Assembly: GCA_026416755.1 (NCBI GenBank)
Contig: JAOAEP010000069.1
Location: forward strand, 1 to 44,797
DNA: 44,797 nt
From: a bacterium
Lineage (GTDB): Bacteria > Ratteibacteria > UBA8468 > B48-G9 > JAFGKM01
Direction: 5' to 3'
Positions 43,739 to 44,797 of this stretch are shown one piece after another; the first letter of the stretch is position 1, and each line of letters opens with the position of its first letter. Below the pieces are notes generated by a model. The model was not told the DNA's origin. It saw only the letters and a program-made list of their open reading frames with translations, and did not search any database. The position numbers were made by a program, and so were the translations under genes.

Positions 43739-44797
43739 TTATAGTTTAGCGAGAATTCTTTTTTGTAAAAAATAAGAAAGAAAGACCAAGCAAATTAATA
43801 TTAATAATATCCCATGGTGAACTATAAAATAAGAGACAAAAATTAAAGGATAAAGGATTGCCTTTAAAAGTGTTTTAATTACAATTTTATCCTTTATATA
43901 TTCTTTAACATAAGGAGAATATTTATAATAGAATTTAACAAACTTTCTACCTAATTCAAATTTCATTAAAACTCTATCTCTAAACTCTTTCAATATTTTA
44001 ACTTGCCAACTATTTTCTCCAAAACATACACTTGCAATAAAACACCCTCCTCCACCTTCTTCTACTGGTATGGTTTCTCTATATTCAATTAAATAACTTG
44101 GTGGATTTGTACAGTCAACTTCTCCATAATCATTAAATGCACTTACTTTATAATACCACATTCCAACTGAAGGTGGAGTATCCACTGCTGTCCTTGCATT
44201 CGGGTCATAAATTATTTTAACATGACTACCCCAATTAGATGGGTCTAAACTTCTATAAATCTTAAATCCTCTTAATGTCCCTGTTGTTGGTACATAATTC
44301 CAGTAGATGTTAATATTATTTATTCCAAGTTCACACCTTAAATTTGTTGGTACATTTGGTAAATCAAGAGTTGTTGTGGGTCTTAAAATATATGTTTTTG
44401 ATGCAGAAGTGGCAATTATCTCAATTATTCCATCATTATTTATGTCTGAAACAATAATTTTCTTTATATTATCTTGTAGATTATAAGACATAATTTCATT
44501 TAAGGTATTGTTAAGGATCTTAACATATGTCCCATAACTCACTATAATTTCTTTCCCTGCTTTGCCATCAAAATCAACACATGCCCATACTTTTCCTATA
44601 CCTTGTTTTTCAAGAGTAAACTGATTCATATCTATAAGATAAAGATTTTCATAAAGATCAGATATTAAAAGTTCTTTAACATTATCGTTATCTATATCAC
44701 TTAAAGCATATTTAACCTCTTGAGTATAAACAGTTAAAGAAGATTGGGCTAAAACATTTCCATTTTTGGGGTCAAATCTATAAATTGTCAATGGAAC
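43739..44797 (-). CDS. FG-GAP/VCBS-like repeat + FN3 protein with the shared CFIAS C-terminal anchor module (5' end outside the window)
   Basis: The frame is open to the window edge, and the track M at 44791 is an internal TTG. DIDNDNVKELL, VDFDGKAGKEII and SDINNDGIIEII are FG-GAP-like Ca loops. An FN3 domain follows (PTNL...YYKVSAFN). The tail reads GGGGCFIASVCFGENSWQVKILKEFRD...KFYYKYSP...hydrophobic...KR. Confidence 0.8.
   Translation of the reverse strand, partial: VPLTIYRFDPKNGNVLAQSSLTVYTQEVKYALSDIDNDNVKELLISDLYENLYLIDMNQFTLEKQGIGKVWACVDFDGKAGKEIIVSYGTYVKILNNTLNEIMSYNLQDNIKKIIVSDINNDGIIEIIATSASKTYILRPTTTLDLPNVPTNLRCELGINNINIYWNYVPTTGTLRGFKIYRSLDPSNWGSHVKIIYDPNARTAVDTPPSVGMWYYKVSAFNDYGEVDCTNPPSYLIEYRETIPVEEGGGGCFIASVCFGENSWQVKILKEFRDRVLMKFELGRKFVKFYYKYSPYVKEYIKDKIVIKTLLKAILYPLIFVSYFIVHHGILLILICLVFLSYFLQKRILAKL
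43974..44053 (-). repeat. nucleotide-conserved core of the C-terminal anchor module, copy C (FG-GAP/FN3 protein)
   Basis: Same block as copy A. The identical 26-mer lies at 44001-44026. Confidence 0.85.

Noticed and set aside
1-44797. I scanned the whole window for CRISPR arrays, tRNA or rRNA genes, IS elements, integrases, prophage genes and toxin-antitoxin or known defence genes.
   Set aside because: No regularly spaced direct repeats were seen. No intergenic gap of 70 nt or more has GC-rich cloverleaf potential. No transposase, integrase or phage-like translations were seen in any listed ORF.

Overview
This is a 44.8-kb, very AT-rich bacterial window (about 30% G+C by eye). It is almost fully coding, uses strong AAGGAGG-type Shine-Dalgarno sites, and has many 1-4 nt stop/start overlaps. 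I saw no rRNA, tRNA, CRISPR array, transposase or integrase.

Positions 1-25,900 hold compact housekeeping and redox metabolism:
- RidA, flavodoxin, a URO-D-like protein, a transaldolase-family protein and a frameshifted glycerate kinase.
- Class II RNR (nrdJ) followed by a lone AmmeMemoRadiSam radical SAM gene.
- Rex, two SDRs, a ROK glucokinase, fmt and a PIG-L deacetylase.
- An HPS-RraA fusion coupled to an NfnA/SudB-like flavoprotein, then TrmI.
- An nrdR-nrdD-nrdG operon with a candidate promoter and two NrdR boxes.

Positions ~25,975-44,797 are the accessory part. A long, translationally coupled minus-strand operon encodes mostly signal-peptide proteins:
- a partial FG-GAP/FN3 protein
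- a 2047-aa repeat-rich giant surface protein
- a 1093-aa S8 subtilase
- a GspC-like HR+PDZ protein
- a TPR protein
- a DUF5060/GH5-like glycosidase
- a protein with a catalytically dead SGNH-like domain
- a GT9 glycosyltransferase

The most interesting signal is in the first three of these proteins. All three end in the same ~100-aa module: a Gly-rich linker, CFIAS-x-CFGENSWQV, EFRD, KFYY-x-SP, a long hydrophobic tail and a basic end. The module is also conserved at the nucleotide level, including an identical 26-mer. I interpret it as a shared, uncharacterised C-terminal anchoring or sorting module for a cell-surface apparatus. All product calls rest on motif recognition by eye, and no database search was run.
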